Source: an uncultured cyanobacterium (lineage in GTDB: Bacteria > Cyanobacteriota > Cyanobacteriia > PCC-9006 > JAAUQQ01). From it: 64,000 nucleotides of DNA. Position numbers and translations under genes: made by a program. Below, one piece after another: positions 11,381 to 22,236 of this stretch. The first letter of the stretch is position 1. Every line of letters starts with the position of its first letter. The notes under the pieces were generated by a model. The model had not been told where the DNA came from. It saw only the letters and a program-made list of their open reading frames with translations, and searched no databases. The stretch covers positions 2,208,001-2,272,000 of the forward strand of contig OY970368.1 in the NCBI GenBank assembly GCA_963718615.1, in the 5' to 3' direction.

Positions 11381-12883
11381 ATGCCTTCTTCCCTTACAGC
11401 TCCCGCTCAACCATCAACGCTCCCCTTCAATGTACCTGGACCCTCGGTGTCAACCCCCTGGGGCAAAACGGCTCAGGTGATTCAGTTTGTTCAAGACTCG
11501 TTGGGTTATACGAGCAAGCTCTTTGCGACTTACGGGCCGGTGGTGGCCATGCGCCAAGGGGGCAAGACGCGACTCTATTCCTCGCGGGAGCATTGTCCGG
11601 GGACGGTCTTTGTCTATGGGCCCGAAATTATTCGGCAGATTGCGACGCAAAATGAGGTGTATCACAAATGTCCGCTGACGGGTCCGCTGTATCGTCTGCG
11701 CGATCGCTCGGACCGCACTCGCCCGCTAAATAACTTTTTAGTCGGCCTGTTTGGCATCAATGACGACCAGCATCTGCAAAGCCGCAAGCTAATGATGCCT
11801 GCGTTTCACAAACAGCGCTTACAGACTTACCTGCAAGACATGGTCGCGATCGCGGATGCTGAGCTGAGCCTCCTGAGCCCCGGCCAAACCTATGACATGG
11901 CCAAGGTCATGCAGCGCCTGACGCTGCGAATTGCCACCAAAACCCTCTTTGGCGAGGACTACCGCAATCCCTCCGATGGCACGACGGGTCTAGTCCGAGA
12001 GGCGATTCGACTGCAAAGCCATATTTTGACCAAGCTGTTGCCCTTTGATCTTCCGGGTCTCACCTTTCATCAATTTCTCAATACCGTTAAACGCTATGAA
12101 GAACAAATGGGAGCCATCATTGCCGCCAAGCAAGCCAAGGGAGAAGATGATAATGATTCATCCGATATCCTGTCGATGTTGATTCAGGCCCGTGATGAGG
12201 AGAGCGGGTTACAACTGAGCGAGGATGAGCTGTTGGGCCATGTGGGCGTATTGTTTGTGGCGGGTCATGAAACCAGCGCCAATGCCCTCACCTGGACGCT
12301 CTTTTTGCTATCTCAACACCCCCAAATTGCCCAAACCTTACAGGATGAGCTAAATCGAGCGCTTGGGGGCAATCCACCGACCCTAGAACAGCTCCAAGCC
12401 TTGCCCTATCTAGAAAAGGTGGTGAAAGAAAGTCTGCGAATTATTTCGCCTGTGCCTTGGAATGGGCGGGTGACCTCGCAAGAGACTGAGCTGGGGGGCT
12501 ATCGACTGCCAGCGGGGACAGAGGTGTTTGTCAGTCTTTATCACACCCATCACATGGCGACGATCTACGATGAGCCGGAACGCTTTAATCCTGATCGCTG
12601 GGACCAGATTAATCCCAATAGCTATGAATACAACCCGTTCAGTGCAGGACCTCGGATCTGTATTGGGGCAGCTTTTGCCATGATGGAGATTAAAGTTGTG
12701 CTAGCAAGATTAATGCAGCGTTTTCGGCTAGAGTTTGAGGCAACACAGCGCCTCGATCGCAGTGGTGTCATTGTAACCGCGCCTAAACAGGGCATGCCGA
12801 TGCGGGTTCATTCGTCGGATGGGTCGTTCGCCAAAAGCACACAACCGGTGCAGGGAAATATACGGGAAATGGTTCAATTATGA
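11381..12883 (+). CDS. Cytochrome P450
   Basis: AGHETSA I-helix, ESLR, PERF, FSAGPRICIG heme-ligand motif. Confidence 0.95.
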   Translation: MPSSLTAPAQPSTLPFNVPGPSVSTPWGKTAQVIQFVQDSLGYTSKLFATYGPVVAMRQGGKTRLYSSREHCPGTVFVYGPEIIRQIATQNEVYHKCPLTGPLYRLRDRSDRTRPLNNFLVGLFGINDDQHLQSRKLMMPAFHKQRLQTYLQDMVAIADAELSLLSPGQTYDMAKVMQRLTLRIATKTLFGEDYRNPSDGTTGLVREAIRLQSHILTKLLPFDLPGLTFHQFLNTVKRYEEQMGAIIAAKQAKGEDDNDSSDILSMLIQARDEESGLQLSEDELLGHVGVLFVAGHETSANALTWTLFLLSQHPQIAQTLQDELNRALGGNPPTLEQLQALPYLEKVVKESLRIISPVPWNGRVTSQETELGGYRLPAGTEVFVSLYHTHHMATIYDEPERFNPDRWDQINPNSYEYNPFSAGPRICIGAAFAMMEIKVVLARLMQRFRLEFEATQRLDRSGVIVTAPKQGMPMRVHSSDGSFAKSTQPVQGNIREMVQL

Positions 12884-13710
12884 AAATCTCGACCTTAATT
12901 GAGCAATTCGAAGCCTGGGCACCCCCCCACTGGCAGGAGAAATGGGACAACTGCGGCTGGCAAATTGAGCCGGGAATTTTGCAGGAACCGGCACGGGTTT
13001 TAGTGTGTCTGACGCCGACGTTGGCGGTGATGGAAGAGGCGATCGCCCTCCGTCAACCCAACAAGCTCAACCCACAAGGTACCCCCGTCAATTTGATCTT
13101 TGCCCACCATCCCCTGATCTTTGGCCCTCTCAAATCCGTTCGCCAAGGCGATCCTATCGGCGAGATGATGCGCCTCGCCTTTACCCATGGGATTGGGATC
13201 TATAGCGCCCACACCAACTTTGACCAGGTGGAGGACGGAACTGCTGACGTCTTGGCCCAGTGCCTCAACCTCCAAGCCGTGGAGCCCGTGGAGCCAACCC
13301 AGGACGGCTTGGGTTACGGTCGCGTCGGCCAGCTTCAACCTATGCTGACCTTCGAACAATTGCTCAATCAAATCCAGGTGAAGCTTCAGCCCCCCCAGCT
13401 TATTTATTCTCCCGAAGCGGATTTACAGCGTCCCATTGAGCGGGTGGCGGTGCTGGGGGGCTCGGGTGCGGGCTATATCGGTGCGGTCTGCAAAAGGGGG
13501 GCTCAGGCCTATCTGACCTCGGATTGCAAGTTTCATCAATTTCAGGAGGCTCGCGATCGCCAACTCATCCTCATCGACGCGGGCCACTATGCCACCGAGC
13601 GTCCGGCCTGTGCCCGATTAGTTGAACGATTTGAATCACAAGGTGTCCCTTGGGTCAAGCTGAGTGACCAAGATGAAGACTTTCGCAAATTTCGTCGGAG
13701 CCAACGCTAA
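12880..13710 (+). CDS. Nif3-like dinuclear metal center protein
   Basis: WDNCG, AHHPLIF, HTNFD, DAGHYATE; ATGA overlap with P450 stop. Confidence 0.92.
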   Translation: MKISTLIEQFEAWAPPHWQEKWDNCGWQIEPGILQEPARVLVCLTPTLAVMEEAIALRQPNKLNPQGTPVNLIFAHHPLIFGPLKSVRQGDPIGEMMRLAFTHGIGIYSAHTNFDQVEDGTADVLAQCLNLQAVEPVEPTQDGLGYGRVGQLQPMLTFEQLLNQIQVKLQPPQLIYSPEADLQRPIERVAVLGGSGAGYIGAVCKRGAQAYLTSDCKFHQFQEARDRQLILIDAGHYATERPACARLVERFESQGVPWVKLSDQDEDFRKFRRSQR

Positions 13711-13771
13711 TCTCCCCTTTACAATTTCTTAATTTGACTTTTCTTCTCGCGAGAAGGTGCTAACTTTAAAT

Positions 13772-14110
13772 CAGGCGCAAACAAGAGAAATCTTGAACCC
13801 GGAATAAAGCAAGGCCAGCGCCTCCTGCCAATGCTTACCACGGCTTTTAAGTCTAAAACGCCAATGCTATGAGTTGGGGTAAATTACCGGTTTGATCTTC
13901 GATTTTTAGTTTATCCAGGATGGTTTTGCTTGATTAGAGAAGATCGCCGTTGTAAAGCCCAAGTTTAACTGTCTTTTGAGAGCTTGGTTGTTGAGGAACT
14001 GTGTGAAGCTGTGTTCTTGTAAACCCCTAGTAATCTTCCTGAATTTAATTGATTGATCTTAAGCACTTTCTATCGTTAGCTTAGCCCTAGAGCACTTCTA
14101 GGGCTATTTG
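13772..14110 (+). ncRNA. Candidate small RNA (or small-ORF transcript)
   Basis: Extended -10-like TGcTAACTT at 13758-13766; no long ORF; ends at a perfect 10-bp hairpin. Confidence 0.35.
14082..14110 (+). terminator. Intrinsic terminator-like hairpin
   Basis: TAGCCCTAGA-gcact-TCTAGGGCTA followed by TTT. Confidence 0.6.
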
Positions 14111-14356
14111 CTGTTTGTGGGTGGGTGAGTATTAACGCTGGGTTGCCGAGGCTCCATTCTTTAGGCCGTGCAAATTAAGCCGCACAAATAGCTGGCACAG
14201 ACAGATACATAAAATCAGGTTTCAAAAGGTGTTCAAAACATCAAATTATCAGAATATAGAGTTTGCATTTTGGGTCTTTAGACTACGCAATGTAACGCTC
14301 CTTAAAGTTTTCTTAGCAATATACCCATCCTTTTAGATTCGGTGTAACTTGTATTC

Positions 14357-14468
14357 AAGGCACAAGACAACCGCGAACTAAATCACCCCCGCGATGTCTC
14401 CCCTAACAATCTGAGTAACAGGCTCGTGCCTCCCGCCTTGTTCTCACCGCAGTGATTCGCTCTTTTTG
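14357..14468 (+). ncRNA. Candidate structured small RNA
   Basis: TAACTT at 14345-14350; nested stems GCGA/TCGC, ATCAC/GTGAT, TGAG-AACAGGC/GCCTTGTT-CTCA; ends in TCTTTTT. Confidence 0.35.
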
Positions 14469-14783
14469 TCCGCCCATACCAGAGGGCACTTCAATATTCC
14501 CTTCCTTGCTTAGGTCCCGAAGCATTCGTGACAGCAAGAAGCGTTGAATAAGGTCCCTAAAATCCCCATCTCCTAAGAGATTATGAGGCGTTAGCAAATT
14601 CCGGAATCCGCTGTGAAAGGTCCACCCTAGTCATGCAATGTACATCACTTGATTAAATTGAATCCCGTTCTACTGTTTCTGTAGCCCCAAGTCAAATGCT
14701 TGGGGCTATTGTTTTTGCTATTACTTGCCGTGTGATGCAATCCTCCTCTATGATTAGAGACTGTGTCGAAATAACGAACATCC

Positions 14784-14984
14784 ATGCCTAAGCTCAAAAC
14801 CCGTCGGGCTGCCGCAAAGCGCTTTCGTGCGACCGGCAGCGGCAAAATTGTCCGTCGCAAGGCTTTCAAAAGCCACCTCCTAGAGCACAAGAGTGCCAAT
14901 AAGAAGCGTCATCTCTCGAAGACGACCCTCGTTCACGAGACCGATGCTGACCGCGTTAAGGGAATGGTGCCTAGCCTCCGCTAA
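14784..14984 (+). CDS. rpmI: 50S ribosomal protein L35
   Basis: [14 protein letters not shown]...HLLEHKS. Confidence 0.98.
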   Translation: MPKLKTRRAAAKRFRATGSGKIVRRKAFKSHLLEHKSANKKRHLSKTTLVHETDADRVKGMVPSLR

Positions 14985-15181
14985 ACGGGCCGTGTGGCAA
15001 GCCTGTGACTGGCAAGCCCGTGATTAACAAATCCGTGCTCGGTGAATCCGTACTCGGTAAAAATAGACTAATCGTCGTAAGCGATCGCCAACTCCGTGGC
15101 TTTGCTCACCCCTTGCCCGGACGCTGATCCGAACGGTTAGTTCAAACTGATCGAATTCCATAAAAACAGGGGAAATAACCT

Positions 15182-15535
15182 ATGGCTCGTGTAAAGCGCG
15201 GCAACGTTGCCCGCAAACGTCGTAACAAAATTTTGAAGCTGGCCAAAGGCTTCCGGGGCAGTCAGTCGAAGCTCTTCCGGACGGCAAACCAGCGGGTGAT
15301 GAAGGCATTGACCAATGCCTATCGCGATCGCCGCAAGAAAAAGCGTGATTTCCGCCGCCTTTGGATTGCGCGGATCAATGCAGCGGCTCGCATGCATGGT
15401 CTGAGCTACAGCCGCTTGATGGGAGGACTGAAAAAGTCTGACATCCAAATCAATCGCAAGATGCTCTCGCAGATGGCCATTCTGGATCCCCAGGGGTTTG
15501 CCGCTGTGGTTGAGATTGCGAAAAAATTAGCTTAA
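15182..15535 (+). CDS. rplT: 50S ribosomal protein L20
   Basis: [14 protein letters not shown]...[11 protein letters not shown]. Confidence 0.98.
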   Translation: MARVKRGNVARKRRNKILKLAKGFRGSQSKLFRTANQRVMKALTNAYRDRRKKKRDFRRLWIARINAAARMHGLSYSRLMGGLKKSDIQINRKMLSQMAILDPQGFAAVVEIAKKLA

Positions 15536-15540
15536 GGCAA

Positions 15541-16434
15541 GTGGTGTTGAGGCGCTGGATTCATGTCGTCAGACGGTCAATCCCTGGTCGATTGACAATT
15601 TGGCAAATGGCTCCGGGCCTCGCTCTTGCCATTTGGGGGGCACAGGTGACTGTGCCCATTTTTCTTGCTCCGTTGGATTTGTCTGGGGATATTTTGTCTG
15701 GGGATATTTTGTTCGCAGAACAGCGGGCGATCGCCACGGAACTCCGCCAAATCCAGCAGCGGGGATACCTGATCGTTGGGGTTAAAGAGAATGTGCCTCC
15801 CTTGGGATCCCGGACGGTCGCGGGGGAGCTGGAGGGATTTGAAATCGATCTGGCTCGGCGGCTGGCGACAGATTTACTGGGGGATGGGGCGGCAGTTGAG
15901 CTGAAACCTTTGGCCAATCCGGATCGCCTCCCGGCTCTGTTGGCGGGAGAGGTGGATCTGCTGATTGCCCAAGTGACCCAAACGGCTGATCGCGATCGCC
16001 TCGTGACCTTCAGCCCCCCTTATTACCTCAGCGGGATGCAGGTGATCACGCTACAGCCTGAGTTGAATCGCTTAGCTGCGCTGCGGGATCAGCGTTTGGG
16101 AGTTCTGGTGGGATCGGATGCGGGGGCGATCGCCCTTGCCCGTTTACCTCGGCTGACGCTGGTTCCCTACGATTCCTATCGCGCGGCGCAAGCGGGTTTA
16201 CGGCAAGGGGACATTGATGCTTTCCTGGGCGATGCCGCGATCTTGACCGGTTGGCAACAGGCCCAGCCTGAACTGCTGTCCGTGGGACCGCTGCTGTCTG
16301 TGGATACCTTGGCGATCGCCCTACCCAAAGGGCTACAGCATGAACCTCTGCGCCAAAAAGTTGAAGCCATTGTGCGTCAGTGGCAGCAGTCTGGCTGGCT
16401 GCAAAACCGGCAACAGCATTGGGGCTTGCCCTAG
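15541..16434 (+). CDS. Amino-acid ABC-type substrate-binding protein (start uncertain)
   Basis: LIVGVK, GFEIDLAR, FSPPYY family-3 SBP motifs. Confidence 0.85.
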   Translation: MVLRRWIHVVRRSIPGRLTIWQMAPGLALAIWGAQVTVPIFLAPLDLSGDILSGDILFAEQRAIATELRQIQQRGYLIVGVKENVPPLGSRTVAGELEGFEIDLARRLATDLLGDGAAVELKPLANPDRLPALLAGEVDLLIAQVTQTADRDRLVTFSPPYYLSGMQVITLQPELNRLAALRDQRLGVLVGSDAGAIALARLPRLTLVPYDSYRAAQAGLRQGDIDAFLGDAAILTGWQQAQPELLSVGPLLSVDTLAIALPKGLQHEPLRQKVEAIVRQWQQSGWLQNRQQHWGLP

Positions 16435-16571
16435 CCCTGCCTCTTTTCACATCTGTTCGCAATTTTTTAGTTGTGACCTTCTCCCACTATCAACGAACTC
16501 TTTTGGTAGGGTTAAGGATAGAGATTTTTGATTCTTCTTAAATTCTGTTTTGGAACAATAAAAAAACGCGG

Positions 16572-17102
16572 ATGGAATTCGATCTACCTATTATTTATCT
16601 CTCAGTGTTGATTGTCCTACTCGGGGGCACTAGCTTTTTTGTCATCAAGCAGGTGATTAAAACCCGCAACAGTGAAGTGCGCATGCTTGATCTTCAGACA
16701 AAGCTCAGCAAGGGTAAAGGGACGGCCTACGACTATTACCAGTTCGGTAGCATGCTCCTAGAGAAAAAGCTGTTTGGTCAGGCTGCCACTGAGTTGCAAA
16801 AGACACTAAAGGCCAAGGACTTAGAGGAGGGTGAACCCAAAGCCCTCGTTCTCAATGCCTTGGGCTACACCTACGCAGCCCAAAACCAATACGACATTGC
16901 CATTCGTCATTACAAAGACGCCCTTAAACTCAAACCGGATTATGTCGTCGCGTTAAACAATCTGGGCTTTGCCTATGAGCGCAAGCAGTTGACAATACCT
17001 GCACTACAAGCTTACGAGCAGGCTCTAGAGCTAGAGCCCAAGAACGCTACAGCCCAAAAGCGGGCCAACTCGCTGCGCAAGCGTATTAGTCCGGTCACTT
17101 GA
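16572..17102 (+). CDS. ycf37: TPR protein, Ycf37/Pyg7-like
   Basis: N-terminal TM, TPR repeats (NALGYTY, ALNNLGFAY), located just downstream of rplT region. Confidence 0.8.
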   Translation: MEFDLPIIYLSVLIVLLGGTSFFVIKQVIKTRNSEVRMLDLQTKLSKGKGTAYDYYQFGSMLLEKKLFGQAATELQKTLKAKDLEEGEPKALVLNALGYTYAAQNQYDIAIRHYKDALKLKPDYVVALNNLGFAYERKQLTIPALQAYEQALELEPKNATAQKRANSLRKRISPVT

Positions 17103-17179
17103 CTCCCTGGCTGACCAGAAGCTGACCTGCAACCCATGGCCTCAACAGATTCCATCGCGAATTCCATTGCGAACGCTCT

Positions 17180-19051
17180 ATGACCCTTTTTGCACCGCCT
17201 GCCAAACAAGGTAACAGTACTCGGACCGTCGGGCGATCGTCCCAATCGATCATCTTGATGGCGATTATTTCGCTAGTTTTGGTGGGAGGGCTGGGCGCAC
17301 GGCTGGCCTATTTACAGCTCATTACCGGCGCATCCAACGACCTTAAGGCGGAAGAAAATCAAATTCGTTTGATTCCCAAGCCGCCAGAGCGAGGTCGGAT
17401 TTACGATCGCAATGGCCAAGTTTTGGCCTCTAGTCGGATTTCCCATGCGGTTTATGTGTGGCCGATTGAAACGCGCAATCCACAATGGCCTGAAACCCGC
17501 AAACGTCTGGCCGCGATTTTGAAGATGCCCGACAAGGAAATTCAGGATCGGATTGACAATGCTGAAAATCAGCCCTATCGGGTTCGCATTGCCAGGGATA
17601 TTACCCCCAAGCAAATTGTGGCGATTCAGGAAAAGCGGCGAGAGTTTCGGGGCGTTGAGGTGGACCCCGAGACGATCCGCTATTACCCCAATGGGGATCT
17701 TGCGGCCCATGTTCTGGGCTATACCCGTGAAGTGACCGCCGATGACCTGGATCGACTCGATCAAGAAACCCCTAAACCGACGGACATTGAAAAGCTGAAG
17801 GAATGGAATGTTACCCATTACCGGTCAGGTGATGTGATTGGTAAGGGTGGACTGGAATATACCTACGAAAAAGACCTGCGCGGCAGTTGGGGGGGGCAGC
17901 AGGTCCAGGTCAATGCTGCCGGCAACATTACCAAAGTGATGGGGGAACAGCCTGCGGCGAAGGGGCAAGATATTCGGCTGACGATTGATATTCGGCTCCA
18001 GCGGGTGGCGGAAAAGGTTTTGGGCGATCGCATGGGAGCGATTGTCGCTATGGATCCCCGCAATGGCGAGGTCCTGGCCATGGTGAGCCGCCCCGCCTTT
18101 GACCCCAATCTATTTTCCAAGCCCTTAGACGAAGCCACTTGGACTAAGCTAAATGATCCCATCCAGGCTCCGCTGGTCAATCGCGCCCTAAGCGGCTATC
18201 CCCCCGCCAGTACATTCAAAATCGTCACGGCGAGCGCGGGTATGGAGTCTGGGAAGTTTAGTCCCGATACGGTGCTTCAGACCTATCCTTTTTTGACCAT
18301 CGGTGGCATTCAGTTTTGGGACTGGAACAATGCCGGGTTTGGCCCCTTGGGTTTTGCTGGAGCGCTAGCGATGAGCAGCGACACGTTTTTCTACCAAATT
18401 GGGCGCGGAATTGGGGGAGAAACCCTGATTGATTGGACCCGCAAGTATGGTTTTGGTACCCATACCGGGATCGAACTGTCCCATGAAGAGGATACGGGGC
18501 TCGTGCCCGATGACGCCTGGAAGCGCAAATGGCTTGACCAGGAATGGTTTATGGGCGACACGATTAACATGTCCATTGGTCAGGGCTTTATGCTGGCAAC
18601 GCCGCTGCAGGTCGCGAATATGTTCAGTGTTCCAGCCAACGGAGGCAGCCTCGTCGTCCCCCATTTGCGCAAGCCCAAGGACGCGGACCCAGCCCAATGG
18701 AAAAAGTCCATTAACCTGCAACCCAGCACAGTGGAGGTGGTGCGTCAGGGTTTGCGGAGTGTTGTTGCTGGGGGAACCGGAGCGGTGATGGATGTACCGA
18801 CCCTGCCCCCCAACGCGGGTAAAACCGGAACGGCTGAAGATCCACCGCGCCCCTCCCACGTCTGGTATGGTGGTTTTGCTCCGTTTGATAAGCCCGAAAT
18901 CGTCGTTGTGGCCTTCGGGGAAAATTCGGGGGGTGGCGGTGGTAAAATCGCGGCCCCTATGGTTCGCCAAGTCATGGAAACCTATTTCAATGGCACTGCT
19001 GTTCCTACGGCGGATGCTGAGGCTGCGGTTGCTGTTCCTCCTGGGGATTGA
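17180..19051 (+). CDS. mrdA: Penicillin-binding protein 2
   Basis: RGRIYDRNG, SxxK (STFK), SSD, KTG motifs. Confidence 0.93.
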   Translation: MTLFAPPAKQGNSTRTVGRSSQSIILMAIISLVLVGGLGARLAYLQLITGASNDLKAEENQIRLIPKPPERGRIYDRNGQVLASSRISHAVYVWPIETRNPQWPETRKRLAAILKMPDKEIQDRIDNAENQPYRVRIARDITPKQIVAIQEKRREFRGVEVDPETIRYYPNGDLAAHVLGYTREVTADDLDRLDQETPKPTDIEKLKEWNVTHYRSGDVIGKGGLEYTYEKDLRGSWGGQQVQVNAAGNITKVMGEQPAAKGQDIRLTIDIRLQRVAEKVLGDRMGAIVAMDPRNGEVLAMVSRPAFDPNLFSKPLDEATWTKLNDPIQAPLVNRALSGYPPASTFKIVTASAGMESGKFSPDTVLQTYPFLTIGGIQFWDWNNAGFGPLGFAGALAMSSDTFFYQIGRGIGGETLIDWTRKYGFGTHTGIELSHEEDTGLVPDDAWKRKWLDQEWFMGDTINMSIGQGFMLATPLQVANMFSVPANGGSLVVPHLRKPKDADPAQWKKSINLQPSTVEVVRQGLRSVVAGGTGAVMDVPTLPPNAGKTGTAEDPPRPSHVWYGGFAPFDKPEIVVVAFGENSGGGGGKIAAPMVRQVMETYFNGTAVPTADAEAAVAVPPGD

Positions 19052-19327
19052 TCTCTCGGCCTGAGGGTCGGGGGTGCTGACCCCTTCCCAAACTGGAAAA
19101 CAATCTGGATGTGTTGTGGTTTGATTCAATTCTTGCTCTTTAGGTGCAGTTGGGTTAGGAATGTCAGGATTCTCTGTCAGAATCTAGTCGGTCGTTGAAG
19201 GGAGTTGTCCTGGTAAGCTGTCTCAATGGATCATGATGCTTACCCATGAGAGATTCAATGTCTCCTTACGGGGTGCCCATTCCCATATTTTGTCTACTAC
19301 TCCACCATTCTCCAAGAACGGCCTCCC

Positions 19328-20062
19328 GTGAAGTTTTTTCATTACCACACGCCTGAGCTCACCCCTGCGAAACCTCACGCCGACTGTGCGATCGCCATTG
19401 ATGTCCTGCGGGCAACGACCACCATAGCCCAGGCCCTATCGGTTGGAGCAGAAGGGATTCAAGCCTTTAGCGATATTGACCAATTACTAACAGCAAGTGC
19501 AGCTTGGCCTCCGGAAAAGCGCCTGCGGGCGGGAGAGCGGGGCGGCAAACAGGTTGAAGGCTGCGATTTGGGCAATTCTCCCTTGGACTGTACCCCCGAA
19601 CGCTTCGCGGGACGACGGTTATTTATTAGCACCACCAATGGCACCCGCGCCCTCCAGCGGATTCAGTCGGTGCCACTGGTGATGACAGCAGCACTGGTCA
19701 ACCGGGCCAGTGTGACGGACTATCTTTTGGAAAAGCAGCCCGAAACCATTTGGCTGGTGGCCTCTGGTTGGGAGGGGAGCTATGCCCTAGAGGATACGGT
19801 TTGTGCTGGGGCGATCGTGCAGCGGGTTTTGGAGAAAACGGGGCGATCGCTCGGTGATCTAGCGGGCAATGACGAAGTTGTCGGTGCAGTGACCTTATTT
19901 CGCCAGTGGCAAGATAATCTGCTGGGGCTGTTGCACCACTCTAGCCATGGCCAGAGACTCTTGCGGTTGGAAAATCAGCAGGACATTGAGTTTTGTGCTC
20001 AGCTCGATAGCCTTGACATTGTGCCGCGCCAGTCGGAGCCCGGTGTGTTGAAGCGGGTCTAG
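19328..20062 (+). CDS. comB: 2-phosphosulfolactate phosphatase family protein
   Basis: [30 protein letters not shown]. Confidence 0.9.
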   Translation: MKFFHYHTPELTPAKPHADCAIAIDVLRATTTIAQALSVGAEGIQAFSDIDQLLTASAAWPPEKRLRAGERGGKQVEGCDLGNSPLDCTPERFAGRRLFISTTNGTRALQRIQSVPLVMTAALVNRASVTDYLLEKQPETIWLVASGWEGSYALEDTVCAGAIVQRVLEKTGRSLGDLAGNDEVVGAVTLFRQWQDNLLGLLHHSSHGQRLLRLENQQDIEFCAQLDSLDIVPRQSEPGVLKRV

Positions 20063-20130
20063 GTCTGGGGGTTCTGGCCAGGAACAAGGTGGCCGGGAAC
20101 ACGATAGCAAGGTGTTTGGGTAGGAAACTG

Positions 20131-20745
20131 TCAGCCACAAATGGGCCGACAGCCGGGGCGCACCGCGTGAATATATTCACTTCCGGCGGCAGGCCAGGTG
20201 CGCCAATGGTCCGCTTCGGCGGGCTGTCCCCAGCCCAGTTGCAGCAGGATTTCGAGGAAGTCTTGGCGTTGCCAGGCTCGCAGCGTGGCCCATGCGGTGC
20301 GTCGGGCGATCGCCCCCAGTTCTTCCGTCGTAATGGGCACAAAATCCTTGCCCCGATTGACCGCTAAAAATAGCTCCATCCCCGCTGTCAACTGCTGCCA
20401 CCGCTGCAAAATCTCCGGTAGTGCCTCACGCAGCACTTTCAGGTCTTCTTGCAGGGCAATCAGGTGGGGATGGGTTTCTGGAAACCGAAGCTGCTCACCA
20501 TTGACCTCGACGGTTTCCCAGACCAAGCCAGACACCGCGTACTCTCGCTGGTAATTGTGAATGGCCTGTTTAAAACCCTGATAGGCCGAATATTTTTGAA
20601 TCCCTTCCGTTTTGAGAAACGGGGCAATAACTGGATCTAGCGGTATCGCTTGGGTGTTGAGATGCAGTCGCTCCCCTTGGAGACAAGCTTGACGCTCCGA
20701 TTGCAGGATTCGGATTAAGTCCTGGGTCGTGTATGCCGGGTTCAT
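20131..20745 (-). CDS. Conserved cyanobacterial hypothetical protein
   Basis: 204-aa ORF, YTTQDLIRIL...ACLQGERL start. Confidence 0.7.
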   Translation of the reverse strand: MNPAYTTQDLIRILQSERQACLQGERLHLNTQAIPLDPVIAPFLKTEGIQKYSAYQGFKQAIHNYQREYAVSGLVWETVEVNGEQLRFPETHPHLIALQEDLKVLREALPEILQRWQQLTAGMELFLAVNRGKDFVPITTEELGAIARRTAWATLRAWQRQDFLEILLQLGWGQPAEADHWRTWPAAGSEYIHAVRPGCRPICG

Positions 20746-20797
20746 CGGAAAAAAGACGAACGGTTGCCGAGATTGGCCTCATTCTATCTGAATTTCC

Positions 20798-21259
20798 TTA
20801 GCTGCGCTTGGAGCCCGGCGTCAGAAATGCTCCCAGGATCAGACAGGCAATTCCCACGTTAATCATGACATCGGCCACATTAAAAACCGCAAAGTTAATC
20901 CAGCGAAAATCCAAAAAATCCACGACCCGTCCAGCCGCAAATCGGTCGATGCCGTTGCCAAATGCCCCCGAGAAAATAAAACCATAGCCCCACTGCTCCC
21001 AGCGGCCCATGCGAGGGCTCACCCAGGCCCAAATCCCCAGGGCCAGACTCACTCCGAGGGATAGCCAGCGCAGCCACTCGCCACTCTGACTAAACCAGCT
21101 AAAGGCAGCCCCCGGATTTTCCACATAGGTGAAGTGAAAAACCCCTGGCCACAGGGGCCAGGATTCATGGAGCTGAAAGTGGTCCATGACCCAATGCTTT
21201 GTGATCCGATCTAAGATCAGTCCCGCAAAAGCCGCGATCCAAAAGAATGGGTTTCTCAA
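20798..21259 (-). CDS. lspA: Lipoprotein signal peptidase II
   Basis: NPGAAFS, GNGIDR, VVDF, FNVAD. Confidence 0.95.
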   Translation of the reverse strand: MRNPFFWIAAFAGLILDRITKHWVMDHFQLHESWPLWPGVFHFTYVENPGAAFSWFSQSGEWLRWLSLGVSLALGIWAWVSPRMGRWEQWGYGFIFSGAFGNGIDRFAAGRVVDFLDFRWINFAVFNVADVMINVGIACLILGAFLTPGSKRS

Positions 21260-21310
21260 ACCGTTAACCTAGTGCTGCACAATCTACCTAAGATCTATTC
21301 TAATTCGTCT

Positions 21311-21913
21311 TTAATACATCAAAAGCCGCCGCAGGCAAAAGGCAAACACAGAGGCCGCACAGGCGATCGCCCCCTGGGCCGGTAAAGCCGTCAGCGAATA
21401 CTGGGCGATCGCCTCCGTTAGTGACAACGATGCCCCATTAGCCCAGCCGAGGCCATAGCACAAACTGAGATAGACCAAACCAAAGCTGTGGATCACCGCT
21501 AGACCCCCGAAGCAGCTCAAGCTCAGCAGCTCAATTCGAGGCGGTACGCGAAAGGCCAGCCAGCCGCAAACCCAGGCCCCCGGCACAAACCCCAGCAAAT
21601 AGCCAAACGTCGGCTGCTGCCAATAGCTCAGGCCACCCCCTTGGGCAAAGACGCCAAATCCCATTAACCCCAGCACCAGATAGGCAATCTGGGCCAAGGC
21701 CCCCGCATTTTTCCCCCCCATGCAGGCCGCCAACAGTACGGCTCCGACTTGATAGGTCACGCCCAGGGGATGAACCTGCATGCTGCCCCCATTCCAAGAC
21801 CAGCGGGGACTGGCAATCGATGCTTCGATCAGGGTCCCCCCGATAGTCAGCAATAGGCCAATCATGGCCCAAATTAAATCCAGGGGTAGGGACACAGGGG
21901 TTCTCAGCCTCAC
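21311..21913 (-). CDS. bioY: Biotin transporter BioY
   Basis: YLVLGLMG..VFAQGGG, PTFGYLLGF. Confidence 0.9.
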   Translation of the reverse strand: MRLRTPVSLPLDLIWAMIGLLLTIGGTLIEASIASPRWSWNGGSMQVHPLGVTYQVGAVLLAACMGGKNAGALAQIAYLVLGLMGFGVFAQGGGLSYWQQPTFGYLLGFVPGAWVCGWLAFRVPPRIELLSLSCFGGLAVIHSFGLVYLSLCYGLGWANGASLSLTEAIAQYSLTALPAQGAIACAASVFAFCLRRLLMY

Positions 21914-22236
21914 AACACCTCTCTCATGGGTTGAATCGTAAACCGATAGGACAGTTTTTCGTCAATTACGATTTTTCGTCAATTTAAGTCTCCAAAGCTT
22001 AGCCTAGGGAACCACCTCAGACAAGGTTTGCCAACGCAGTCCTGTCTGGGGTTTTAGACCTCCATAATTTCACGGAGCATCTGAGCTAAACGAGTGAAAA
22101 GATGACGCAGATTTCTCAGAGAAACAGCGGAATCAGGCCCGCTGTTCGTGTGAAAGTTTTGCATAATTGCTTTAATAGATCGGTCATCGGCTGGTCCTAA
22201 ATGCCGTAACTGCTTGCCGTAACTGGTATTTGACCA

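Noticed and set aside
18365-19129. 254-aa antisense ORF over mrdA and similar shadow ORFs (e.g. 55050-55745, 33417-34037)
   Set aside because: Antisense to well-supported genes, with no recognisable motifs.
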